Part shown: positions 47,235-56,404 of the stretch, in pieces
How the letters are laid out: each line of letters starts with the position of its first letter
Numbering within the stretch: the stretch's first letter is position 1
Origin: Candidatus Hydrogenedentota bacterium
GTDB taxonomy: Bacteria; Hydrogenedentota; Hydrogenedentia; Hydrogenedentales; JAEUWI01
Length of the DNA: 64,000 bases
Direction of reading: 5' to 3'
NCBI GenBank assembly: GCA_034669905.1
Contig: JAXMOL010000001.1
Coordinates: forward strand, 224,001 to 288,000
Translations under genes and position numbers: made by a program
The notes under the pieces: generated by a model
What the model saw: the letters and a program-made list of their open reading frames with translations, nothing else
Databases searched by the model: none
Told to the model about the DNA's origin: nothing

Positions 47235-48843
47235 CGGAAACCCTCGCCGTCAGAAAACGAAATCCGGGAACGCGATCGAGCCGGAGCGTATCCCGGAGGA
47301 ACTCCACGTCGTAGCGGTCTATAAAGGGGGTCCATCGTAGGCAGGCGATATACAGCATGCCGAATAGTACGGCGCTGACAGCGGCAATTGCCAGATTCCC
47401 CACCCGATCCAGGTAGCCCTGGCAAGCCCACGTAATCGTGGCGCACAGCAGGAAGCCCGGGAGGCTGGCGACCAGGGGCCAGATACAGGCCGAACGGAGC
47501 AAGGCCCCGGGCGAAACGGCCACATCGTGTTTCAGGGCATTGAAAAACCAGAGGGTGGAAATCGAAAGGGCCAGGGTGGTGGCCAGGGGGATGCCGTAAA
47601 AACCGATGGCCTTAAAGAGTACGATGGTGAGGAGCACATTGCCGAACATGGAAATGAGTCCCGCGCGCATGGGCAGGCCGGCGTTCCCTTTTCCGAGGGC
47701 CACACTCACCCCCGGTCCGGGCAGCAGATTCATGGCATAACCCAGCAAGATAATCTGCGCCACCCCGCCCGCCACGCCAAGGGTGGATTTCACCTGATAG
47801 AGCGACAACACCAGATCGGTCACCGCGATGGCGAAGGCCGTGAGGGGTATGGTCACGGCCGCCACGTATTTGGTGGCCCGCACATAAAGTTGGGCGAGCC
47901 GGGCGTGGTCGTCCCGGGAATCCAGGTGGGATACGGCCGGCACCAGGGCGCTGACCAGTAAGGCCGGGATCTGCCGCACCTTGGCGGCAATGTCTTCGCC
48001 GATGCGATAGAGGCCCACCAACTCCAATTGCCCCCCGGTCGCCAGGGCCACAATCATGCGGTCGGTCTGGAAGTTGATGAGGTTGGATAACTTGGCCACC
48101 TGGGAGCGCCATCCAAAGGCCAGCAGCGTGCGAAAGAGGGGAACCCGCAGGTAGCCCGGCCGACAGTGAAGCCCGGGAAAAATACGGTAGGCCACCACCA
48201 TGTTGGCAGCCGCGAAGGCCACCAGTACGACGGCGTTGGTATAGAGCAGGCCCCGCACGCCGTGGCCCTGTTCGAGAAACCCAACGGTGGCCAGGACCTT
48301 GATGACAGAAGCCCCGAAGCTGAGGACGTTGGTAATGCCCATGCGTTGAAGACCCGATTGCAGGGCCGCAAAGGGCGCGACGCTGTTGGTGAGCACGAAC
48401 AGAATGAGGGCCCCCCGAAAAAGAAATCGGGCTTCGTCCCACCGGGTGTTATCCCCCAGGGCCCACGAGCGCCCCGGGTGGAGGGTGTTCATGAGGGCCA
48501 GGGTACCATCCATCAGCCAATCGATGAGGGGCCACCCCAGGGCCACCATGACCACCCCGAGGGCCGTGTAGAAAAACACGCCCGTGCTCACCACGGCACT
48601 CACCTCATCCCGCTGTTCATTCGCGGCGAAGGAGGCGATGTATTTGGTGAAGGCGCTGTTCACGCCGAAGTCGAAGAGGGCCGCGTAGCCGGTGAACACC
48701 GCGACCAGGGACCAGAGGCCAAAGCCTTCCATGCCCACGCGGTCGATGATGTAGACTGTCAGGCCAATGCTGACCAGGGCTTCCCAGAGACGGCCCAGTC
48801 CGTTGTAGACCGTGTTATGGGCGATGGTCTTACGCAGCGACAT
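47224..48843 (-). CDS. Wzx-like oligosaccharide flippase (MOP superfamily)
   Basis: IAHNTVYN..G.EGFGLWSL..FDFGV..AFTKYIA pattern; TDRMIV; many TM segments. Confidence 0.88.
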   Translation of the reverse strand: MSLRKTIAHNTVYNGLGRLWEALVSIGLTVYIIDRVGMEGFGLWSLVAVFTGYAALFDFGVNSAFTKYIASFAANEQRDEVSAVVSTGVFFYTALGVVMVALGWPLIDWLMDGTLALMNTLHPGRSWALGDNTRWDEARFLFRGALILFVLTNSVAPFAALQSGLQRMGITNVLSFGASVIKVLATVGFLEQGHGVRGLLYTNAVVLVAFAAANMVVAYRIFPGLHCRPGYLRVPLFRTLLAFGWRSQVAKLSNLINFQTDRMIVALATGGQLELVGLYRIGEDIAAKVRQIPALLVSALVPAVSHLDSRDDHARLAQLYVRATKYVAAVTIPLTAFAIAVTDLVLSLYQVKSTLGVAGGVAQIILLGYAMNLLPGPGVSVALGKGNAGLPMRAGLISMFGNVLLTIVLFKAIGFYGIPLATTLALSISTLWFFNALKHDVAVSPGALLRSACIWPLVASLPGFLLCATITWACQGYLDRVGNLAIAAVSAVLFGMLYIACLRWTPFIDRYDVEFLRDTLRLDRVPGFRFLTARVSDAA

Positions 48844-48849
48844 GGCGTG

Positions 48850-48997
48850 ACCCACCCCTCGCCCCTCCCGGGAGGGGAATTAAGCGAGAAATCGTACGGA
48901 CGCACGGCGGGAATAGCAAGACTCCCGTCGTGCTTGTTCGATGGGCCGACACAGACCCACCCCGTGCCCATCCCGAGAGGAGCCGGGGGTGGGTTTC
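48850..48997. repeat. CCCCTCC..GGAGGGG REP-like elements between the flippase and GT39-like genes
   Basis: acccacccctcgcccctcccgggaggggaat and acccaccccgtgcccatcccgagaggagccgggggtgggt; same family as 5961-6042. Confidence 0.7.
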
Positions 48998-49001
48998 CCG
49001 C

Positions 49002-50810
49002 TTAGCGCACCGCATAGAAGGCCACCTCCTCGACGCCACTCCCACCGCGACGGGGCAAATGGAGGGGACGATCAATCGCCTCGAAAAAGGCTGGGGACTC
49101 CCGCCACTGTTGCAACATGGTCGCCACCGCACCCGCGAGGGCGCCGGAAGAATTCACGTAGTCGGTGGGAATCATGATGTACCTAATGTCCTTCGCCTTC
49201 AGCCAGGCCACCTGGGCCTCCAGGGGTTCCGTCGCGATACGTTGGAGACTCCAATGATTCTGATAGGTCGGCCCGTCAATATAGTAACTCCGCTGATCGA
49301 GGACCAGGAGCTTGCCGCCGTCGTTCAGGTGTTCATTGGCATACCGAAATGCCCCATAGCGCTCCACCCGTTCGGTGAGATATTCCGTTTTCGTTTGGCG
49401 GCCCAGCACCACGCCCACCTTAAAGTGTACGGCGGCGGCGTGGAGACCGAGTCCGTAGGCAAAAGAAAAACACAGGATGGCCACGACGAGTCCACGGCCA
49501 CGGGCCATGCGCTCAGGCACCAGGGCGGCCACCACCATCATGGGTGTGAAGAAAGGCAGGATATAACGGGCCAGCCGCTGGAAAAAGAAGAAGGCCAGTC
49601 CCCCTGCAGTGCTGTAGGCCCCCAGGCTCCAGGCACGGGCACCGCCCAGTATCAAACCAGGCACGCCGAGGACCAGCACCATGCCTCCGGGAGATTTGCT
49701 CCAGCCGTCGTAGTCCTGGGGGCGCATGATGATGTCCCAGGGAAATCGCAGGAGTGCCCACAGGGAGAGGCCCCGGGCACGATCGATGGATTCATGGGCA
49801 CCCGGCGTGGAGATGGCGATATGGTCGATGGGGCCTTCGGGAAACACGGAAAGGAGGAAGGGAAACACGGGATTCCCGGTGAGCCACCAACTGCGTCCAA
49901 ACCACGGGAGGGCCGCCACGAAAGCGAGCGCCGCGAAAAGGCCCACCGCCCTCAGCCGATGGCCTGCGGGGGCATAAAGGGCCACCGCCACCAGCAAGAT
50001 GGGCACGATTAAGAACCCCGTGTGGCGAATTCCGCAGGCACTCCCGGCAAGAACGGCAGCGAGCACCAGGCCGGCCCATTGTCCCGTGCGGTGCGCGATA
50101 AACAGGGCGGTGATTGTCGCCGTACTGAAGGCTACAAAAGGCAAGTCAATGCCCACGCCACTGGCCTGGTCCATATAGATGGGGGCCGTCGCCAGCAAGG
50201 CCGCCGCGACGAGACCGGTCTGGCGGGTACCCACCCGACGCCCCAGGCTGTAAATCGCCAGGCAGGCCAGGAGACCGAAGCTCCAACTCAACAGGGAAAC
50301 GGGCAGTTCGTGGCCCCCGCTGCCGCTGTAGAAGGCGACGGCAAAGAGACTGTGGAGCAGGTGGGGATAAGCGGAGTAGACGTTTCCCGTATCGAGCGCG
50401 ATGTGACCGAGTCGGGTATATTCTGCCGGGAGAGCCAGGTGGGCGACGCAGGCATCCCAACTGGTGACGGGTGCGAGGGCACCGAGGAGACTCAGGGCGG
50501 CCGCCATGCCGATGGCCAGGCAACTCGCCTTTTCCAGGCGCGAGAACGGAGAAGCGGCCCAATCTGAAAAGGGGGCCGTGGGCACGGCGTATCGGTAGTG
50601 GCTGAGGAGTGAAAGCACAGCGACGCCGGCCAGCAGGGCCTGTGCCGCGACGAGCGACAGACTCCCCACCAGCAGGGCGAACAGGGCCACCGGGATGAGA
50701 CCCGTCAGGATACGCAGGCCGGTAGCTTCCAGGGCATCGACGAAGGGAAGGGGCCGCAGACAGCGGGAGCCCACGCCCCACGCGGCCGTCATGATGAGTA
50801 TAAATGACAT
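49002..50810 (-). CDS. GT39/ArnT-like (GT-C) membrane glycosyltransferase
   Basis: PVTSWDACVAHLALP early-loop Asp motif; YP.L; PWFGRSWWLTGNPVFPF; many TM segments. Confidence 0.75.
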   Translation of the reverse strand: MSFILIMTAAWGVGSRCLRPLPFVDALEATGLRILTGLIPVALFALLVGSLSLVAAQALLAGVAVLSLLSHYRYAVPTAPFSDWAASPFSRLEKASCLAIGMAAALSLLGALAPVTSWDACVAHLALPAEYTRLGHIALDTGNVYSAYPHLLHSLFAVAFYSGSGGHELPVSLLSWSFGLLACLAIYSLGRRVGTRQTGLVAAALLATAPIYMDQASGVGIDLPFVAFSTATITALFIAHRTGQWAGLVLAAVLAGSACGIRHTGFLIVPILLVAVALYAPAGHRLRAVGLFAALAFVAALPWFGRSWWLTGNPVFPFLLSVFPEGPIDHIAISTPGAHESIDRARGLSLWALLRFPWDIIMRPQDYDGWSKSPGGMVLVLGVPGLILGGARAWSLGAYSTAGGLAFFFFQRLARYILPFFTPMMVVAALVPERMARGRGLVVAILCFSFAYGLGLHAAAVHFKVGVVLGRQTKTEYLTERVERYGAFRYANEHLNDGGKLLVLDQRSYYIDGPTYQNHWSLQRIATEPLEAQVAWLKAKDIRYIMIPTDYVNSSGALAGAVATMLQQWRESPAFFEAIDRPLHLPRRGGSGVEEVAFYAVR

Positions 50811-51005
50811 TCTATACACTCCGCGGAGAATGTAGTAGGGACGATAGCACTTGGCCCCCGTCAAAATCACCTGTGGCCCCCATTTCGGGGCAGAAAAGCG
50901 GCTTCGGACCGCCGGGTCAATCCGGGTGGTTGTAGGCCGTGACGGTAAATGCCGTATAATTCCGTTTCCAACGTACGTGAGTATAGAGCGCAGTGAACCC
51001 TCGCC

Positions 51006-52403
51006 ATGAAAAGGAGGCAACGATTGATTGCTGAATTGCACCCGCGACGACGCCTGTCCCACGGGCTGGTATTGTCGACCGTCATACTATTGGGGGGCTA
51101 CCTCAGTGGTTGCGCCACCACGGGAGTTGGCGCACAAAGTGCCGTCATCCACGCCAAAAACGTGGTGGCTCCCGCCCTCGTCCACATCCGCCCGGTAAAA
51201 GAAGTCTATGCCCAGGGTAAACGCAAAGAAGTGCTCGTAGTCGGCAGTGGATTTATTATCTCTCCCGATGGCTACGTGGTAACCAATGAACACGTGGCGG
51301 GCGAGAGCAACTACGTCCGCTGTGTATTGGGCACCAAAGACGAAGTAGAGGCCGAGGTTATCGGGGTAGACCCCTACACCGATTTGGCCGTGCTCAAACT
51401 CGACGTGGGCTATCCCCTCCCCTATGTGCGCTTTGGGAATTCCGACAAGATCCAAGCGGGCCAGACGGTGATTGCCATGGGTAGCCCCCACGGTCTTTCC
51501 CGCTCGGTTTCCAAGGGTATTGTGAGTGTAACGGGGCGCCACCTGGCCGATCAGGCCGCCAAAGCCCCCTTCACCAACTGGGTGCAGACCGATGCCGCCA
51601 TCAACCCCGGCAACAGCGGTGGCCCCCTCGTTAACCTCAGTGGCAATGTGATTGGTGTTAACTCCATGGTCTTGCGCGGAGCCGAGAACGTGGGCTTTGC
51701 CATTCCCAGCAACCTGGCGAAACAGGTCGCTGAAGCGATCATCGCTAACGGCCGGGTACAACGCAGCTGGGTAGGCCTGGACCTGCAAGAGATGCTGGCC
51801 CGAACCGATGACCCCAATATTAAGGGTGTGGTGATTGCGGGGATTGACCCCCTCTCCCCCGCCTTTGAAGCCGGTATTCGCCCCGGCGACCTGTTGCTCG
51901 CCATTAACGGGGAGCCCGCCAACGCCCGCTTTGAAGAAGAACTCCCCCTGGTTCGGAGTGCCATCGCAGCATTGCCAGTCGGTGAAGCCATCCCGTTTCT
52001 TTTCAAGCGGGGTGACGAAGAACGCGAAGTCGTGCTCACCACCGAAGAGCGTGGTGGCCTGAAAGGGGAGCAGGGCGAGTATAAGGAATGGGGCTTTACC
52101 GCCTCCGAATTGACAGCGACCATTGTGCGCCGTGCCCGCCTCGATTCCAACAAGGGCGTCCTGGTCTCAGGCACCCAGGTCGGTGGCATCGCCAACAATG
52201 GAGGGCTCGCCCAGGGTGACATCATCCTGGCGGTCGACGGCATTGAGGTGATAAACCTGGCCCAGTTCAAGGAGCTCTATGATGAGCGACTGGAAAGCGG
52301 CCAGAAGCGGGTCTTGCTCCTGGTACGGAACCGGGCCCTGACCCGTTATGTCTTGATTGTGCAGGAAGACGACCGTTCGGAAGGAGCCGACGATGAGAAG
52401 TAG
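51006..52403 (+). CDS. HtrA/DegP-like serine protease with two PDZ domains, probable lipoprotein
   Basis: GSGFII, TNEHV (His), TDLAVL (Asp), QTDAAINPGNSGGPL (Ser); LSGC lipobox-like segment. Confidence 0.92.
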   Translation: MKRRQRLIAELHPRRRLSHGLVLSTVILLGGYLSGCATTGVGAQSAVIHAKNVVAPALVHIRPVKEVYAQGKRKEVLVVGSGFIISPDGYVVTNEHVAGESNYVRCVLGTKDEVEAEVIGVDPYTDLAVLKLDVGYPLPYVRFGNSDKIQAGQTVIAMGSPHGLSRSVSKGIVSVTGRHLADQAAKAPFTNWVQTDAAINPGNSGGPLVNLSGNVIGVNSMVLRGAENVGFAIPSNLAKQVAEAIIANGRVQRSWVGLDLQEMLARTDDPNIKGVVIAGIDPLSPAFEAGIRPGDLLLAINGEPANARFEEELPLVRSAIAALPVGEAIPFLFKRGDEEREVVLTTEERGGLKGEQGEYKEWGFTASELTATIVRRARLDSNKGVLVSGTQVGGIANNGGLAQGDIILAVDGIEVINLAQFKELYDERLESGQKRVLLLVRNRALTRYVLIVQEDDRSEGADDEK

Positions 52404-53778
52404 TATCCTGATGACCCTGGTCGCCACCCTGATCACGCTGCATGCCGCAGCTGGTGATGGTTTCACCCAGCAACAACTGGAATCCACCTACAACAAGATC
52501 ACCCCCGCCATGGGGCTCTTGAAATACTCCAGTGAAGTCACCAACAACAACACGGGCGAATCCTCCCGGCGGGATCGCAGTGCCCTGGCGCTGGTGGTTT
52601 CCGCCGATGGCCTGGTCATGGCCCATGGCCACATGAAACTGGACGGCAATGAGCCCTTCAATATCTCTGTAACCCTCGGGCAAGGCGATGAAGAAAAAGA
52701 ATATGACGCCGTGTTGCTCCGCAAGCCCGATGATGTCAACGTGGTGTTCCTGCGGCTTCAGTCGGATACGCCGCTGAATCTACCCTATATCCGCTTTGCC
52801 CCCACCTCGTCCCTTCGTCTGGGTGAGACGGTGGGGGTCTTCGGGCTGCTCGGCGAGACGCTCGACTTCAACCGGGGACTTCAGGTCGTGCACATCGGCT
52901 CGGTGCTGGAAAAGCCCCGGAAGACCTTTTGCCTGGACACGTCGGTTCGCTTTGGCTTCGTCAGTGGGCCCGTGGTGGATACGGCAGGTCGGGTAACGGG
53001 TGTGGTCGGCTTTGACCTGAGCACGGCAGAAGGCGGCGACCTCTATGTGCGCAGCGGCCATCCCCTGGTCTACCAGTCGGAGCTTTTTGCCAAGTACATC
53101 AAGAATCCGCCCAGTGAGACCGAGATCGATGAAGGCGAAGACCACGCGTGGCTCGGCGTCTTTACCCAGCCGCTCACCGATGACTTCGCCGCCTATTGGT
53201 CCCTCGACCCCAAGGGAGGGCTCATTGTCAGCACGATTGTTCCGGGCTCTCCTGCGGAAGGCGCAGGCCTCCAGCTCGGTGATGTAATCGTGAAGTTTAA
53301 CGGTACCCCCGTTGTGGCCAAACAGGATCGCGACGTACTGGGCTTCACCAAGCTGGTTCGTGAAGCCGGTGCCGGTAAAGAAACTGAGATGCGCATCCTC
53401 CGAAACGGGGAGCCCGTGGATCTTACGGTGAAGCTCGGCGTACGCCCCCGCAGCTCCCAGGATGCCGAAGAATTCGTCGATGAGACCTTTGGCTTGACGG
53501 TGCGGGAAATTACCCGGGACGTCCGGATTCGCCTCAATCTCTCTGAAGACGTGCACGGCGTCATCGTCCGCTCGGTCAAATCGGGCAGCACGGCCCAACT
53601 CGCGCGCATGCGCCCGGGTGTAATTATTATGGGCATGGGCGATTATCCCGTTCAGAATCTGAAAGATTTTGAGGATGCCGTGAATACACTAAAAGAACAG
53701 AAACCGGCTGAGGTTGCCGTCTTCGCCCGTCTGGGCTCGGAAACCGGCTTCTTCCGCCTGGAACCCGTCTGGAAATAA
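52393..53778 (+). CDS. HtrA-like protein with a degenerate protease domain and two PDZ domains
   Basis: Signal peptide; PDZ motifs AWLGV and PGSPAEGAGLQLGDVI; protease-like region lacks the catalytic Asp and Ser (VNVVFL, GFVSGP). Confidence 0.8.
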   Translation: MRSSILMTLVATLITLHAAAGDGFTQQQLESTYNKITPAMGLLKYSSEVTNNNTGESSRRDRSALALVVSADGLVMAHGHMKLDGNEPFNISVTLGQGDEEKEYDAVLLRKPDDVNVVFLRLQSDTPLNLPYIRFAPTSSLRLGETVGVFGLLGETLDFNRGLQVVHIGSVLEKPRKTFCLDTSVRFGFVSGPVVDTAGRVTGVVGFDLSTAEGGDLYVRSGHPLVYQSELFAKYIKNPPSETEIDEGEDHAWLGVFTQPLTDDFAAYWSLDPKGGLIVSTIVPGSPAEGAGLQLGDVIVKFNGTPVVAKQDRDVLGFTKLVREAGAGKETEMRILRNGEPVDLTVKLGVRPRSSQDAEEFVDETFGLTVREITRDVRIRLNLSEDVHGVIVRSVKSGSTAQLARMRPGVIIMGMGDYPVQNLKDFEDAVNTLKEQKPAEVAVFARLGSETGFFRLEPVWK

Positions 53779-53780
53779 AG

Positions 53781-54413
53781 ATGATGCGGAATGTAACACA
53801 CGTCGACAGGAATGGTGTTCGCACCGGCCTGCGCTGGGTCCTCGGACTCGCGCTGGCCGGGGCGCTCCCCTTCCTGTCGGCGTGTTCCGCACCGGAAAGC
53901 CAGGCCCGCACCCTGACCGACGTCGCCGCCGGTGGGGACCACCAGGACTGGGATCAGATCCGTCCGGAAATCAAGGCCTATCTGCAGGCCCATCCAGACG
54001 ACCCGATCGGTCACTATTATTATGGCTTGAGTTTTCTTCACCACGCGGCACCGCAGTTGACCTATGCCGAAGGAGAATTTCTGACCGCACTCCGATTGCT
54101 GGAGGACCTGGAAGCCTTTCCTGAGGAAGCGTTGGCCATGACGAAGGCCGAATTTACTGGCCTCGTTCACCGGAAGGCGGCGCTGGTCTACATGCGCGGC
54201 TACCGGGAAGCCCTGCAACTGGGCCTTCCCCAGTCCTATGGCCTGGCGCTCTTGAAGAAATCCAACACCCAGGTGGAACTCGGTCTCAAGGCGAACCCGG
54301 ACTCGGGGCATCTGAAAGAGTATTCCGAGTTCCTGCGCAAGGCCCTGGGCCTCGATTCACCGCAGGCCCCCAAGATACTGACCAAGCGGGCCGGCAGCAG
54401 CGTCAATATCTGA
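53781..54413 (+). CDS. Hypothetical helical (TPR-like) lipoprotein
   Basis: LSAC lipobox-like segment; HPDDPIGHYYYGL TPR-like pattern; starts 2 nt after the previous stop. Confidence 0.65.
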   Translation: MMRNVTHVDRNGVRTGLRWVLGLALAGALPFLSACSAPESQARTLTDVAAGGDHQDWDQIRPEIKAYLQAHPDDPIGHYYYGLSFLHHAAPQLTYAEGEFLTALRLLEDLEAFPEEALAMTKAEFTGLVHRKAALVYMRGYREALQLGLPQSYGLALLKKSNTQVELGLKANPDSGHLKEYSEFLRKALGLDSPQAPKILTKRAGSSVNI

Positions 54414-54652
54414 CAGACCAGCGGCTACGATGGTCTCTTCGGCAGCGGGGTATCAAAATCGGAAGAACTATCGGGTCCGCCGTGACGTGCCACGCGCTCG
54501 GACGACCCCGTCACCGTGGGGAAATGGCCCCATCCCGTGGAAAAGCTTGGAACGCCCTCCGCATTCAGGTACACTTAGACCCGAGGTGAACCACAGCGGA
54601 TTTGCCATTTGAAACCACAAATTGTCGGGTTGTATAACGGAGTTTTTCGACA

Positions 54653-56290
54653 ATGAATGCTGCTGAGCTGTTCGTCCAATGCCTTGAGGCAGAAGGCGTT
54701 ACGTATATATTTGGTGTCCCCGGGGAAGAGAATGCGCACTTTCTGATGGCCTTGGAGAACTCGTCGATCGAGTTTATCATGTGCCGTCATGAGCAGTCGG
54801 CCGCCTTCATGGCCGAGACCTATGGCAAGCTCACCCGGGAAGCAGGGGTCTGTCTCAGTACCCTCGGACCGGGCGCGACTAACCTCGTCACCGGTGTGGC
54901 CAGCGCCAACAGCGACCGGGCCCCCATGGTCGTCATAACCGGGCAGGCGGACCTCCAACGGCAACACAAAGAGAGCCACCAGAATATCGATGTGGTCTCC
55001 ATGTTTCGCCCCGTCACCAAGAATGCGACGCCCATCATCCACCCGGACAATATCCCCGAAGTCGTTCGGTGGGCCTTCAAGCAGGCCGTACGTGAAAAGC
55101 CCGGTGCCTGTCACATCGAACTGGCGGACGACGTGGCCGCCATGCCGGCGACCAAGCGTCCCGTGAAGAAAAACTATCTGCGCCGCTCGGTGGCCGACGA
55201 TAAAATTATCGACATTGCGATGGATGTGATTCGTTCGGCAAAGAACCCGGTGGTGCTTGCGGGCAATGGGGCCATCCGGACGCGTACCGCGAAGATGTTG
55301 CGCGAGTTCTCCGACCTGACCGGCATCGGGGTGATTTCCACCTTTATGGGTAAGGGCTGCGTGCCGCGGGATTCGGAGCAGTGCATCTTTACCCTGGGCC
55401 TCCAGACGAAGAACCTGGCCAACGCCGCGATTAAGGCGGCCGACCTGGTGATCACGGTAGGCTATGACCTGGTGGAATACCACCCGAGCGTGTGGAATAA
55501 GTCGGGCAATAAAAAGATCATCCACATCGATTTCCTGCCCGCCGTGGTGGACAGTAATTATGAGCTCGATGCCGAAGTCGTGGGCGATACGGCCCACACG
55601 CTCTGGATGATGAATGAGCGCCTCCGCGCCAACCCGATGCACTTTGAATTGAATGCCCAGCACAAGACCCGGCAGGCCATGCTGGAGCTCTTTGCAGAGC
55701 ACAAAGACGATGACACCGACGGCTCTATCCGCCCGCAAAAAGTATTGTGGGATGTGCGGGAAGCCATGGGCCCGGAAGATATCGTGCTCAGTGATGTGGG
55801 TTCCCACAAAATGTGGATCGCCCAGTATTACCAATGCGATGAGCCTAACACCTGCCTCATTCCCAATGGCTTCTGCTCTATGGGCTGTGCCCTGCCCGGG
55901 GCCATTGCGGCCAAGCTGGTCCACCCCGAACAACGGGTGATGGCCATCTGTGGTGATGGCGGCTTCCTCATGAACGTGCAGGAAATGGAGACGGCCGTTC
56001 GCCTCAAGCTGAACATTGTGGTCATGGTCTGGGTCGACAATGGCTACAACCTGATTGAGTGGAAGCAGCAAAACGAATTCGACAAACACACGGCCCTGTC
56101 TTTTGGCAACCCCGACTTTGTGCAACTCGCGAAGGCCTTTGGGTTTCACGGGATGTACGTCGACAAGTCGCGCGATCTCGGTGCGGCCCTGGAAGAAGCC
56201 TTCTCGGTGGACAAACCCACCTTGTTGGCCCTGCCCATTGACTACCGCGAAAATGACCGCCTGACCGAACAACTTCAGATCATCGTTTAA
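54653..56290 (+). CDS. ThDP-dependent enzyme, acetolactate synthase large-subunit family
   Basis: IFGVPGEEN, RHEQSAAFMA, GPGATN and GDGGFLMNVQE..N motifs. Confidence 0.93.
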   Translation: MNAAELFVQCLEAEGVTYIFGVPGEENAHFLMALENSSIEFIMCRHEQSAAFMAETYGKLTREAGVCLSTLGPGATNLVTGVASANSDRAPMVVITGQADLQRQHKESHQNIDVVSMFRPVTKNATPIIHPDNIPEVVRWAFKQAVREKPGACHIELADDVAAMPATKRPVKKNYLRRSVADDKIIDIAMDVIRSAKNPVVLAGNGAIRTRTAKMLREFSDLTGIGVISTFMGKGCVPRDSEQCIFTLGLQTKNLANAAIKAADLVITVGYDLVEYHPSVWNKSGNKKIIHIDFLPAVVDSNYELDAEVVGDTAHTLWMMNERLRANPMHFELNAQHKTRQAMLELFAEHKDDDTDGSIRPQKVLWDVREAMGPEDIVLSDVGSHKMWIAQYYQCDEPNTCLIPNGFCSMGCALPGAIAAKLVHPEQRVMAICGDGGFLMNVQEMETAVRLKLNIVVMVWVDNGYNLIEWKQQNEFDKHTALSFGNPDFVQLAKAFGFHGMYVDKSRDLGAALEEAFSVDKPTLLALPIDYRENDRLTEQLQIIV

Positions 56291-56404
56291 GAAGCACGGC
56301 CCGACCGCGCGCCACCGGCCGCATCGCGTCCTCTATAGAACCTGGTTCCCCAGCCCCCTTGTGGCCTGGGGGACGCCGACACCAAATGAAGGGAGAGAAC
56401 GGAT

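Noticed and set aside
54548..54563. sigma54-like site TGGAACGCCCTCCGCA upstream of the ThDP enzyme
   Set aside because: GG-N10-GC spacing holds, but there are several mismatches and no second line of support.
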